A stretch of DNA of 64,000 bases, taken from Microcystaceae cyanobacterium (GTDB lineage Bacteria; Cyanobacteriota; Cyanobacteriia; Cyanobacteriales; Microcystaceae). Location of the stretch: assembly GCA_041746575.1 (NCBI GenBank), contig JBGTGT010000046.1, positions 1 to 64,000 of the forward strand, written 5' to 3'. The stretch's first letter is position 1; every line of letters begins with the position of its first letter. Positions 8,564 through 21,184 of the stretch are shown piece after piece. The position numbers and the translations under genes are program-made. The notes below the pieces were generated by a model. That model saw nothing but the letters and a program-made list of their open reading frames with translations. It did no database searches and was not told the DNA's origin.

Positions 8564-9555
8564 CGAATTTGATGAGGCTGATAACCTGAAATCGGATGAT
8601 AAACAAAATTCCTATATTTTCGGACTTGCTGACCTAAAACATCCCATCGGAGTCTTTTTTGTTCATCTTCCCCCTTGATTTCTTCCTCCATACGATTCAT
8701 AAAGCTTTGGAGATATTTCTTCCGTCCTGAATTACTTAAGAAACATCCTCCCTCTCGATAATCAAAATCCTCATCGGCTTTGATGACTCCGCGATTGACA
8801 AGATACAAAACCAGAGAATCCACTATTGGCGCACGAAACTCCTCAATCAAATCAGATGCTAAAGCTGCATGACGCTCTGAGCCTTCGTGAAGACAAGCTT
8901 GGTAGGGATCTAAGCCTGAAACTTCAATTAAAGCCAGTAAATGATTCCATAATACTTGATAACCAAAACTTAACAACGCATTGACCGGATTGCGAGGAGG
9001 ACGACGAGAACGAGTGAGAAAAACAAAGTCTGAGTTAGTCAAACAGTCTCCAAAGGCAGAAAAATAAGATGATGCACCCGCCCCCTCAAACCCCAATAAT
9101 CGCTCATGATTTTCAGCATCCTTGGCTTTAGTACAGAGATAATCTAAAGTTTTCAAGGATAACTCTATCTGATTCGCTTCGGTGCGCCGTAATTGTCTTT
9201 GCAGAATCACCTTACAATTTTTTAGCTTGCCATAAACCATATTTCTAGCCGTGATTAGTCGTTCAACTCGACTAAGTTGCTGTTGATAGCGAGATAACTG
9301 ACGATAACCCCGTTCAATCGACATAATACGTCCGTAACAATATCCCATACGAGATAAATAAACGATAGGAACATCTTGCTTTAAACAGGCGTGTATCGCT
9401 TGGGTTGTTATCTGCGATTTGCCAAAAATGAGAATTTGTTCCAATAATGGCAACTGAACGGATGATAATAGCTCATCTTGCCGTTTTACCAGTAATGTTT
9501 CCTTTTGCAAAGAGACATAACATCCTTGTTGCGACACGTATAAACTTAAAACCAT
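8560..9555 (-). CDS. cas1: CRISPR-associated integrase Cas1
   Basis: GFEGAGASSYF, RSRRPPRNPVNALLSFGY, LASDLIEEFRAPIVD; ORF intact. Confidence 0.97.
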   Translation of the reverse strand: MVLSLYVSQQGCYVSLQKETLLVKRQDELLSSVQLPLLEQILIFGKSQITTQAIHACLKQDVPIVYLSRMGYCYGRIMSIERGYRQLSRYQQQLSRVERLITARNMVYGKLKNCKVILQRQLRRTEANQIELSLKTLDYLCTKAKDAENHERLLGFEGAGASSYFSAFGDCLTNSDFVFLTRSRRPPRNPVNALLSFGYQVLWNHLLALIEVSGLDPYQACLHEGSERHAALASDLIEEFRAPIVDSLVLYLVNRGVIKADEDFDYREGGCFLSNSGRKKYLQSFMNRMEEEIKGEDEQKRLRWDVLGQQVRKYRNFVYHPISGYQPHQIR

Positions 9556-9765
9556 TCACTCTAATCGATTCAAGGTACATACTGCCATAAGGACAAAATA
9601 AAACCCTGTTCCCACCAAAAACGTCGCTAGACTAACAAAAATCGTATTACTAATAACAGCCACTAAACCTAATGGCGCAATTAGAAGTAATATAAGTGTT
9701 ATTAACCCATTGACCAAAGCCATCGCTATATTTCGCACAAAAGCTGCTTTTATTGATAAATACAT
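9556..9765 (-). CDS. csx18: CRISPR-associated membrane protein Csx18
   Basis: VNGLITLILLLIAPLGLVAVISNT motif and position immediately upstream of cas1; may be C-terminally shortened. Confidence 0.75.
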   Translation of the reverse strand: MYLSIKAAFVRNIAMALVNGLITLILLLIAPLGLVAVISNTIFVSLATFLVGTGFYFVLMAVCTLNRLE

Positions 9766-9938
9766 AAAAAACGTTCCTCTTCATTTCGCTTTCCTCTAAC
9801 CTATCTTTCTCTGGTTGGAATATCTCGAAAAAGCCAATATTAAGCGATTTGACTGATATGACTCTACAAGACTTATTTGTCAACTTTTTGAGTCAAAGAT
9901 GGGTAGATTAAAAATATATTGTTTTTCCCTTGACAATT

Positions 9939-11144
9939 ATGAGGAAAGCCCTTGATTCCCATCCTTACAGCGAAAGAATCGCATTTGAACGATTAATGTT
10001 GCTGATTGCCACCTTAGTAAGATATCCGGGCATCGGTTATCTTAATTGGGAGGATAATCAATATCACTCTTCTTCAGAACACCACAACGCCTTAGAAGAA
10101 CTACAGCAATATTTACACAAGTTAGCCAGTGAAATCGGTTATTATTTGCCTAAAAACTACCCTTCCGCCCCCACTTTAAGAAAAGACCTCGAAAATTTAC
10201 GGAATTTCCACATTTTAGAGCGTCGTATGTACCGTTGGGGCTATTATTTAGGAACTGGCGTGATGAGTCCAGACCAATTAAAAGCCGCTTTTAATGCCCT
10301 ACAATCTCAGGCGATTTATCAAGGAGATCCCCGCATTCGACAAACTTATCAAGAATTAGCCAAAAGATTACGAGGATATGAGCTAAAAACGTCCCAAGAT
10401 TTCTTTTATCCCGTTAGGCAACACCTGAACCGTGCTATTAATTATACCGATCCGATGGAAATGATGGAAAAGGGAGAATATCGTAACACCCTTTATCATC
10501 ATATTGAGACTATTGAAACAGCGATTATTGACGGGCAAATGTTAGAAATCTCTCGACATACGAATTATTATGACCATCAACGACTGGGAACGGTTTTAAT
10601 TTTTCCCTTACAACTAATTTATTACGATATTGCTTGGTATTTACTTTATGAAACTTGCGCTTATCATCATTTTGCGATTGGGCGGATGAACCGTTTCAGT
10701 GATTATTGTCAAGTGCATCCCGTCACTAGAGGCATTTACGCACAGCAAGAAGGCTTAAAATCTGCCTATCAGCTGTTAAATAATGGATGGGGCTTAAAAT
10801 TGGGAGATCCTGCTGAACAAGCACCAGAATTATCGGGAGAATTAGACTTTGTTCCGATTAAAGTCCGATTTTATCCGCCTGTCAGTGATTTTATTGCAGA
10901 AGGAGAACGTCGCCATCCAAAACAACACATCCGCAAGGGAAAACGGGATTCTGCAACAGGAAAACCGCAATATATTGACTATCTAATTGATTTGCCCCCT
11001 CGTTCCCTCGATGAGTTCAGTATTTGGGTACAACGCTACGGCGACAAAGCACAAGTTTTATGCCCTTCTAAATTAGTAGAAAAGCATGAAAAAATCGCTC
11101 AAAATTTGGTAAGACTGTATTCACGAATCCCTAAAACAAGTTAA
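9939..11144 (+). CDS. WYL-domain transcriptional regulator
   Basis: N-terminal HTH-like TLRKDLENL; PLQLIYYDIAWYLL; WCX-like tail (AQVLCPSKLV). Confidence 0.9.
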   Translation: MRKALDSHPYSERIAFERLMLLIATLVRYPGIGYLNWEDNQYHSSSEHHNALEELQQYLHKLASEIGYYLPKNYPSAPTLRKDLENLRNFHILERRMYRWGYYLGTGVMSPDQLKAAFNALQSQAIYQGDPRIRQTYQELAKRLRGYELKTSQDFFYPVRQHLNRAINYTDPMEMMEKGEYRNTLYHHIETIETAIIDGQMLEISRHTNYYDHQRLGTVLIFPLQLIYYDIAWYLLYETCAYHHFAIGRMNRFSDYCQVHPVTRGIYAQQEGLKSAYQLLNNGWGLKLGDPAEQAPELSGELDFVPIKVRFYPPVSDFIAEGERRHPKQHIRKGKRDSATGKPQYIDYLIDLPPRSLDEFSIWVQRYGDKAQVLCPSKLVEKHEKIAQNLVRLYSRIPKTS

Positions 11145-11366
11145 AGCTTTCTTTTCAATTTTGTGGGATAGAAAGCGATCGCACGTCACTCTAAAACTCT
11201 GATAAAGAAAATAATTACTTAACATAGATTAACAAACTTAAAAGTCATGCCACATAAGCATTACAGACCTTTGTCTAAATTAATTTACAATATTGTTAAT
11301 TTCTGGCCTTGACTGGGGAATATTGATTACAGTTGAAATTGAATTCGGAACAAGGACAGATTAACC

Positions 11367-14362
11367 GTGACAACAGCTTACTGGCAAGCCAAAATCTGGG
11401 GATTACTCCATGATCCCGCACTTAAAGCTTTACACAATAATTCAGGTAGAGGCGGAAATAGCTTTTGGCAAGACTTAGCAGTAATGGCGCAATGGAAGGA
11501 AAAAGGCTGGAATCCTGAAAAATCGGGTAAGACAATCTTAAAACACATTAAACGTGCTGACTATATTACCTCAGCGAGCGATCGCAGCGCAATCGGCAGT
11601 CTTTCTACCAGCGTTAACTATAATCAGGAAAAAGGATTAGAAATTTCTCACTTACTTTCAGGAGAAAAACTAACCCTTAAGTTAAAACAACATGATGAAC
11701 TGATTCAAAATCGTCTTGAATTTTTAACCCATAAAGAAAATCAATTATTAAACTTAATTCCTCCTAATAATACTGACCGAACTCCCACAGAAACTGAAGA
11801 AATTAAGAGAATTTTCTGGTGGTTATGGCGATGCCTTCCTGAAGCGACTTTTCAAGCTTTTGATAATGACTCATCTTTATTATTAATGCCAGCAGAAACC
11901 CGCTTTCCCGATGCGTCTTTGTGGAGTCATGTCAGTTTAACAGCAGCAATGGCAGGTGCATTAGCAGGATACAATTTAACCCCAGAAGATATTGAAAAAA
12001 ACTGGAAAGCAAACAAGCCTTTATCCCACGCTTATCTCACAAGTTTTACCTTTAGTCCTATTCAAGAATTGATTAAAGCCAGTCGCAAAATGAGAGACTT
12101 ATGGGCAGGATCTTGGATTTTACATTATCTTTCTGCCAAAGTATCATGGAAATTAGCAAATATTTATGGTGCAGATTGCTTAATCTATCCTAATCTTTAT
12201 AATCAACCCTTAATTGACCATTGGTTACTGCAAGAATATCCCGAATTTAGCCAATGGATACCCCAACCCACAGAAAAAGCTTTACTTACTGCTGGATTTC
12301 CCAATGTTTTAATTTTAGTACTTCCTAAAGATAAAGTACAAGCAGCCATGCAAACTGCTAAAAGTACTCTCATTGAAGAATGGTTAAAAATTGGAAAATT
12401 GGTCTTTGAAGAATTACACGATAAAAGATACTGGATGAAAGGCTTATCGTTTGACCATAAAACATGGAAAGAATGGTTAAAATCTCAATGGCAAGTCTAT
12501 TGGACGGCGGTACCTATTGGGGTAGATGATTATGATCAAAATAATCAAAAAATTCCTTTAACCAGTAGTGAAATTTATCGAGAAGATAGCCAAACTTGGG
12601 AAAATAATCCCGAAAAAGATACCAGTTGGCGAAATCGTCAAAATCAAGCCTATGGATTAAATAAACAAAACGCACTCTTTCTCGAAAATGAATTAGAATT
12701 TCTACAAAAAGCGGCTAAATTACGACAAAAAAGACGAGGTATAAATGCCCCCAACACCAACATTGGTTCATGGTGGAATCATATCTTTGACCAAACTCGT
12801 TTAGCTTTAACATCTATTAAGAATGGCAGATGTTGGGAACTTCCCACTGCATTTAGTACCCGTTCAACTATATCAGGAATCGGTTCAGTTGTGCATCCTG
12901 ATAATGATTGGATTTCTGAGGGAAAAACGAAAGATTTATGGAAGTATCATGCAGGATTATTTGATGGTAAAGAACAACTAAATGCAACGGAAAGCGTTAA
13001 AAGGGGTTTACATTTAATCTTACCTCAACTACTAGGTTTAGATAATGATAAAATAGAAATTACTTATCCCGATTTAACGTCGGGAGTTGCAGGATATCTC
13101 CATCAAGGAAATGAAGAAGACTTAGACTATTTTTATACAACTTGTCAAGCTGTTGTTCGCAAATATAAACAAGATAATCAAAAAATTCCTGATGAAATTA
13201 CTGAAAAATGGGGTATTCCTTGGGCGGATAATCATGAGGATTTAAGAGTGAGAAAATCCCATCCTCGTCTTCTTAATGCAGGTTGGTTGATAGAAGATTT
13301 AGAAACTGAATCATTCTCCACATATCGAGAAGAATTAAGAACTTTTATTGACTCTTATTATCCTCAAAATAACCCGACAAATTGGTATGTTCTTGCTGTT
13401 GGAGATGGAGACGGAATGAGTGAGTGGTTAAAAGGAACAAAAATGAAACCTTATCGAGATTATTTACCAGATGCGTTGGTCATTGACTCAGAACTTCAAG
13501 AAAGTTTTGCTAAATTTCAAGACTTACAAAAACGGATGGGGCCTTCTACCCATAATGCTTTAAGTCGTGCGTTACTTGATTTCTCTAATCAACTTGTTCC
13601 CTATTTAACTGAAGAAAGATATGCAGGACGCTTAATTTATAGCGGAGGTGATGACGTTTTAGCCTATACGAATCTTTGGGAATGGGATAACTGGTTATGG
13701 GATATTCGTCAATGTTTCAAAGGAGATAAAGATCCAAAAAATGAATTTACCGAAGAAGGAAACTATTGGAAATCTGATCAATTTTCTCGTCCCTTATTTA
13801 CTATGGGAAAATATGCCACAATTAGTTTTGGAATCGTCATTGCTCATCACTTTGTTCCCTTAGCTATTGCTTTAGAAAGTTTATGGAAAGCTGAAGGTAA
13901 AGAAGAAGGTGCAAAAGGGCATAAATATCATAGTAGTTGTTCTTTAACTAATAAAAAAGAGCAATTTAATCAAAAAGATGCTGTGCAGATTCGGGTAATA
14001 TATGGCAATGGAAACATACTCAAATCTACTGCAAAATTTGAAACCTTTCATCAATGGCAAAAATTAGTTAAATTAGACTTAGAACCCAGTTTATTTGAAC
14101 AAGCCGCTAATCTTTGGGAACAACATCCTATCCCTGTTTATCAAGCGATTGAACCTTGGATAAAAGCCTTTTGTAACCGTCGAGAGCAACTGCGAAATGA
14201 TAAAAATGGAGACTTTGAAGAAGCCTTAGCAGACTTTATCAAACATCTTTGGCTAACCACACCTTCTGATGACTTAGAAAAAGAAGTAAAAAACTGGCTA
14301 AAACTAACAGCTTTTGTCAAAAGAAATCGTAAAATTCTAGACTTAAAAAAGGAGTTGAAACA

Positions 14363-14372
<10 letters not shown>
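11367..14372 (+). CDS. cmr2: type III-B Cas10/Cmr2
   Basis: LHDP, FSPIQELIKASRKMRDLWAGS, GDGDGM and YSGGDD palm motifs; ORF intact. Confidence 0.96.
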
Positions 14373-16086
<1,714 letters not shown>

Positions 16087-16089
16087 ATC

Positions 16090-17361
16090 ATGGCTAGTAT
16101 TATTTTATCCTTTGTCGGAAGTCAAGATCCTGAATCAAAGAATACGAAAGAAGAAGGTTCAATCGTAACTTTAATTCGTCATTTACTCAACCAAAAATAT
16201 CAAATCAAAAAAATTTTATTGCTTCACACTCAAGACACTTATGATAATGCTATTTTAACTCAAGAATGGTTAAAAGACTATTTACAAATAGAGACTAAAA
16301 AAGTTGAATTACTCGCCGTTTCTTCTGCTTTATCAGAAGATCCCATTGATGTTAGATTAGCTACTCAAGAAGCTAATAAAGGAGTGCAAAAAGCTCAAAA
16401 TTATCGTGACAATAATGATATTTTTGAATTTAATTCTTCGTCAGGCACACCCTCTATGAAAACAGCTTGGGGAATTTTACAAGCTTCAGGTTACGGAAAA
16501 AATAACCGACTTTGGCAAGTGAGAAATTCTGAAAAAATGAAACAACATCAGCAACTTGTCTTTGAGAACAATGTTAATGTCTTTAAACATGAATCTGATT
16601 TAACTGTTATCAAGAAATAACTACAAAACTATAATTATGGAGGAGCGTTACAAACATTAAAAAGTAGTAATTTTGAAAGTGAGATTGCTCAAGCTTTATT
16701 AGAATATGGTTATTACCGTTTAGCTTTTGATTTTAAATTAGCTAAACAAGTTATTAGTCTTTATCAACAAGAGGTTAAATCAGAATTAGTACATAATATT
16801 GAAGAATTGTATGATGAACATATCCTAGAATTGTTACAAGAAGCTTATTACAAGGGAATTCTCAAAATCAAAACAGAACAATACGCTGATTTTTTGATCT
16901 TATTATTTTCGTTCCAAGAAAATATGCTAAAATTCTTAGTCAAACAACAACTATTAAGATCAAAGTTTAAAAAATTAGACTGGAGAAATGCAGAACATCA
17001 AATTCGTTCCAAAATAGAACAAGGAGAATTAAATCGACACCTTAAAGCCTATCGCTACAATGGACGATCATTACAATTAGAAGGGACAATCAACCGAATT
17101 ATAATGCTTGCTATTTTAGATTATTTTTCCGATCTAAAGTCAGTAACGTTATTACTTAAAAAATTGGAATCCTATTGTCAAGATAGGAATGACTTAGTTC
17201 ATGATCTTAAAGGAGTTTCTGCACTTAAAAATGAAGGAGAAATCATCAGAGCAATGTGTCAAATCATGGAATATGTAAAGCCAGATTTTGATGCAACAAA
17301 TCCCTTCAATTCACTCAATGAACAAATTCTTAATCAATTAACACCCATTGTAAGAGGTTAA
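16090..17361 (+). pseudogene. CARF-HEPN (Csm6-like) ancillary ribonuclease with in-frame TAA at 16618-16620
   Basis: SFVGSQDP and NSSSGTPSMK CARF motifs; ..KK*LQNYNYGGAL.. continues in frame; HEPN R-x4-H motif RNDLVH. Confidence 0.75.
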
Positions 17362-17366
17362 ATTAC

Positions 17367-18173
17367 ATGACTCAATCAATCAATACAGTTCATCTCTATC
17401 TTCTCTCTCCTTTACATACAGGAGGAACAACTCAAGAAGGCAATCTATTAGGAATTGCTCGTGAATCTCATACCAATTTACCTTATATTCCCTCAAGTAC
17501 CATTAGAGGAAAACTGCGATCTTCTGTATCTGATCAAACTCAACAATATAAGCTTTTTGGAAATGAATTAAATGGCAATAACTCATCAAATGATAAACTG
17601 ACTCAAGGAGATATTTGGATAGGAGATGGTTCAATTTTATGGATTCCTATTCCTTCTCTAAGTCATGGAGTTGTTTGGGTAACTTCTCCCATGTTATTAA
17701 GTCGATGGACAAGATTTAATAACTCTTCACTAACGATTCCTCCTGAATATAGCACTAATCTTAAGAATAATGTCTATCTCAAAGATGCTATTCTCAAGTC
17801 AAATACTTTACAGCAAAATTGGCAAAATTGGCAACAATTTATACCTCAAGAGCCTGCAACTAATCAAATTCAAAAGGTTATCGTCTTACCAGATCGTCAT
17901 TGTTCAACAATTATTCAAATGAGTCTCTGGCGACAAGTTAAAATTAAGCTAGATTCATCTAAATCCGTTGATGGTGGTTTTCGTTATGAAGAAGCCATTC
18001 CCCCTGATACCTTAATGTATTTTACGTGGGGAATTACGTCTCAAGCAAATGGTTCGTCAACTCAATCTAAACAGGATTTTAAAAATTTATTAGATTCTAA
18101 CTCTATCCTCCAAATTGGAGGACAAGAAAGCTTAGGACGGGGTTTTGTTCAACAATTTATACCCCAAAATTAA
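17367..18173 (+). CDS. cmr4: Cmr4 RAMP
   Basis: SPLHTGG, ARESHTNLPYIPSSTIRG, YEEAIPPDT, QIGGQESLGRG. Confidence 0.95.
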   Translation: MTQSINTVHLYLLSPLHTGGTTQEGNLLGIARESHTNLPYIPSSTIRGKLRSSVSDQTQQYKLFGNELNGNNSSNDKLTQGDIWIGDGSILWIPIPSLSHGVVWVTSPMLLSRWTRFNNSSLTIPPEYSTNLKNNVYLKDAILKSNTLQQNWQNWQQFIPQEPATNQIQKVIVLPDRHCSTIIQMSLWRQVKIKLDSSKSVDGGFRYEEAIPPDTLMYFTWGITSQANGSSTQSKQDFKNLLDSNSILQIGGQESLGRGFVQQFIPQN

Positions 18174-18186
18174 GGAGAAAATTAAA

Positions 18187-18597
18187 ATGTTTGATTCAAG
18201 AACAATTAGTAAACCAGTGTACGAAGCTTTATTTGATTTACGTTCTCAACAAGAAGCGAAGGAAAGAAATCAAGACAAGCTAAAAAATGACTTAAAAGAT
18301 CAAAAAAATCAGGCAATTGAACTTTATACTTACTTAGCAACATGGGGATTAATGCGACTAAAAGCAGAGGAAAAAGATTTAAGTCAAGAAGGAAAAAAAC
18401 AAGTAGTTAGAAAGTTTTTTACTTGCTTAGAATCTCTTTCAGGAAAATCTGCCTTAGCTAATGATCAAGGAGTCAAAACTTTAATTGCTTTAAGTCCAGA
18501 TGACTATTTAGGTTTAACAGGACTTGGCCTAGAATTGGCACAAGAATTTGCTTTTTGGGCTAATGCTGTTTATCACAATATTAAAGGAGAAGATTAA
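18187..18597 (+). CDS. cmr5: Cmr5 small subunit (Cas11)
   Basis: Small helical protein directly after cmr4; LYTYLATWGL, FAFWANA. Confidence 0.75.
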   Translation: MFDSRTISKPVYEALFDLRSQQEAKERNQDKLKNDLKDQKNQAIELYTYLATWGLMRLKAEEKDLSQEGKKQVVRKFFTCLESLSGKSALANDQGVKTLIALSPDDYLGLTGLGLELAQEFAFWANAVYHNIKGED

Positions 18598-18609
18598 ACT
18601 TTAACACTA

Positions 18610-18964
18610 ATGAAATTAGGAAAAATTGTTACTAATTTACAAATTGATCAGCGTAAATTGACGGAATATGCCCTCAATTCTGAAAACCCGAAAGGAGTTC
18701 ACAAAGCTTTTATGTTTCAACAACATCTAGGTTATACCAAAAATAATTATGAATCTCTCCTAAGACAAATTCAGGAAAAAGCTTTAGATGCAGAAGCCAT
18801 TCCCACAGACAATGATGAATATGGACAACGTTATCAAGTTGACTTAAAAATGTAGGGGAGTGAACGATCAAAAAATAGAAATAGTGAGAACAGGATGGAT
18901 TGTCAAACCCTTAAGTAAAACAGCAAGATTAGTTACACTATATCTCAAAAAAAATTATGATTGA
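18610..18964 (+). pseudogene. DUF6883-like protein, frameshifted near 18853
   Basis: KLTEYALN..NPKGVHKA.MF..LGYT, DEYGQRY; C-terminus GVNDQKIEIVRTGWIV..ARLVTLY continues in the +1 frame. Confidence 0.7.
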
Positions 18965-19283
18965 ACCTCATTTATTTGATATTGTCGAATTATTAATTGA
19001 CATCCCTGACAAGAATCTTTTTGCAGGAATGCAAGGGACAATTGTTGAACAGTATGAAACCAGAATATTTGAGATAGAATTTAGTGATAAACAAGGACAA
19101 ACTCTGGCACTCTGTACCCTTGAAAAATCAAATTTTTTTGTCGTTTGGCAATCTGCTACTAAACAATGGTTAAACCCTACTGATCAATTAATAACACTTG
19201 TTAATCATCTTTCTGAATCTCGTCAGCAAGAAGTTCTAGATTTTGCTCGATTTCTCTACAAAAGACAACAAATAACCTCTTAA
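18957..19283 (+). CDS. DUF4926-like protein with a DUF2281-like C-terminal helix
   Basis: LFDIVELLIDIP..L.AGMQGTIVE..FEIEFSDKQGQTLA; tail LSESRQQEVLDFARFL. Confidence 0.75.
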   Translation: MIEPHLFDIVELLIDIPDKNLFAGMQGTIVEQYETRIFEIEFSDKQGQTLALCTLEKSNFFVVWQSATKQWLNPTDQLITLVNHLSESRQQEVLDFARFLYKRQQITS

Positions 19284-19303
19284 ATGAATTAAGGAAATCA
19301 CTA

Positions 19304-21175
19304 ATGACTCCTAATCCTTTACAAAGACCTAAACCCCCTCGCAAGATCCAACCACAGGGAAATCAACAACGTAATCAAACGCCATCTACATCTCATCCTG
19401 CTTCAGGAGGAAATAGAGGAAATAATGGGAATAGAAATAATAATAATGGTGGCAATAATCAGCCTCCTTCTCCTTGGTTAGATGAAACCCCTTCACCTGA
19501 TTCTACTGCGAGTTTTGTTGAATATTTACGTTGGATGCGTGAACCAGATCATCCATATAAAGATGCAACTAAAGTTCAAATTCTTCAATTAGCAACAGAG
19601 AAAGCTAATTATAGGGAGCATTTAACCACCCTCAACCAACGCCTTGAATTAATGGCAGGAAAAGATAACACCTTTACTGTTAAATGTGCTTGGCGTATTA
19701 GAGTGGGAGGACATCGAGGCCCTGAAAGTATATTATTACCTGCTTTTGATGCTTTGGGAATGCCCTATATTCCTTCTTCTACTTTAAGAGGAGTTGCTAG
19801 AACTCAAGCCATTCGAGAAGTGATGGAAGATAAAGGAATTGATTGGAAAGAAGCAGAAAAAGAGCCAGAAATTGTCAAACATTTTGGTTCTTTGGAAGCA
19901 GATAAACAGGACAAAGCAGGTAAAGTTATTTTTTTTGATGCTTATCCTTTACCCAATGAACATGGCTTAGAAATGGACATGGCAAATAATATCTGGAAAT
20001 GGGAGAATAATCAACTTAAGTACGCTTCTAATCCTAATGTTTTTCTATCCCTTAAAGAACCCACTTTTAAAATTGGTTTGAAGTTAGTCAATGGACTCAA
20101 AGACCCTAAAATTTTGGAAAAGGTCAAGCAGTGGTTAATCAAAGGATTACAAACAGGGGTTGGTTCTCAGGTTAATACAGGCTATGGAGAATTTTTAATA
20201 GCAGGAAAAGAACAACCTAGCCATGAATTTTTCCGAGTTAAATTTGGCTTGGAAGGACAGTTAATTCATGGATATCAACGATTGAATCAAGGACAGACGA
20301 GAGGAAATCCAGTAGCAGAAGTACGTCCTATTGCTTTTAAATCAATGTTACGTTATTGGTTTAGGGCGTTTACTCTTGGTGTTTTAGAACCGAAAAAAGT
20401 TCAAGAACTGGAAGCTCAATTATTTGGTGGGATTGATCCTCAACAATGGGGGTGGTTGAAAGTTAATATTGAACAATGGCAATTAGATCGAAAAGAACCT
20501 AAAACTAAGGATGAAAAAGTAGGTCAAGAATCAGGCATTTTAATTTTATCCCATTCTCTTAACAGTCCTAATGATTATAAAGAATCACTTGAAAAACTTT
20601 GTAAAAATTTAACTTGGTTAATGTTTAATTTGGGAGGAGTCGGTCAAGGTGCAAGACGACCTTGTTATTCTCGAAAAAACCGTCCTAATCCTCGTCCTTT
20701 CTATCGTGGTTCAACGTTAATTGTTAAGGATGATAACCCTTTTTGGGATAGAGGCGAAACGATTCAAGAATTTAAGCCTTTATTTCAGAAAAAATTAATT
20801 ACTTTTTACCAAGCATTAGGTAGTCTAACATCTGAAAAATTGAACTATCGCAATCTTAAATCCTGTGGAAGGGTCAATCAAAGTCAATGGGAAAATGCAA
20901 TTGACAGAAACTGCAGAATTGTTGTTTGTAGTGGTCAAACAGATTTTGATAAACCCTACGCATTAGCAACACTTCATCATCGAGACTTCAAGCACAATGA
21001 TAGATATGATAGATACCTATGTGGAGAAAACGGTAAACCCTCTCCTGTTTGGATAGCAGATTTAGGTGATTTTCAAGTCGTTACTGTCTTTGGTGCAACA
21101 GAAAACCCTCGCAAAAGTTACTTAGAAAAATTACATTCTTATGCTCAAGAAATTGCTCAAATTTTCCCATTATAA
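19304..21175 (+). CDS. cmr6: Cmr6-Cmr1 fusion RAMP protein
   Basis: First RAMP: PYIPSSTLRG, VIFFDAYP, GVGSQVNTGYG. Second RAMP: EVRPIAFKSMLRYWFRA, GGVGQGARR. Low-complexity N/G/P-rich N-terminus. Confidence 0.88.
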   Translation: MTPNPLQRPKPPRKIQPQGNQQRNQTPSTSHPASGGNRGNNGNRNNNNGGNNQPPSPWLDETPSPDSTASFVEYLRWMREPDHPYKDATKVQILQLATEKANYREHLTTLNQRLELMAGKDNTFTVKCAWRIRVGGHRGPESILLPAFDALGMPYIPSSTLRGVARTQAIREVMEDKGIDWKEAEKEPEIVKHFGSLEADKQDKAGKVIFFDAYPLPNEHGLEMDMANNIWKWENNQLKYASNPNVFLSLKEPTFKIGLKLVNGLKDPKILEKVKQWLIKGLQTGVGSQVNTGYGEFLIAGKEQPSHEFFRVKFGLEGQLIHGYQRLNQGQTRGNPVAEVRPIAFKSMLRYWFRAFTLGVLEPKKVQELEAQLFGGIDPQQWGWLKVNIEQWQLDRKEPKTKDEKVGQESGILILSHSLNSPNDYKESLEKLCKNLTWLMFNLGGVGQGARRPCYSRKNRPNPRPFYRGSTLIVKDDNPFWDRGETIQEFKPLFQKKLITFYQALGSLTSEKLNYRNLKSCGRVNQSQWENAIDRNCRIVVCSGQTDFDKPYALATLHHRDFKHNDRYDRYLCGENGKPSPVWIADLGDFQVVTVFGATENPRKSYLEKLHSYAQEIAQIFPL

Positions 21176-21184
21176 ATCATCACT

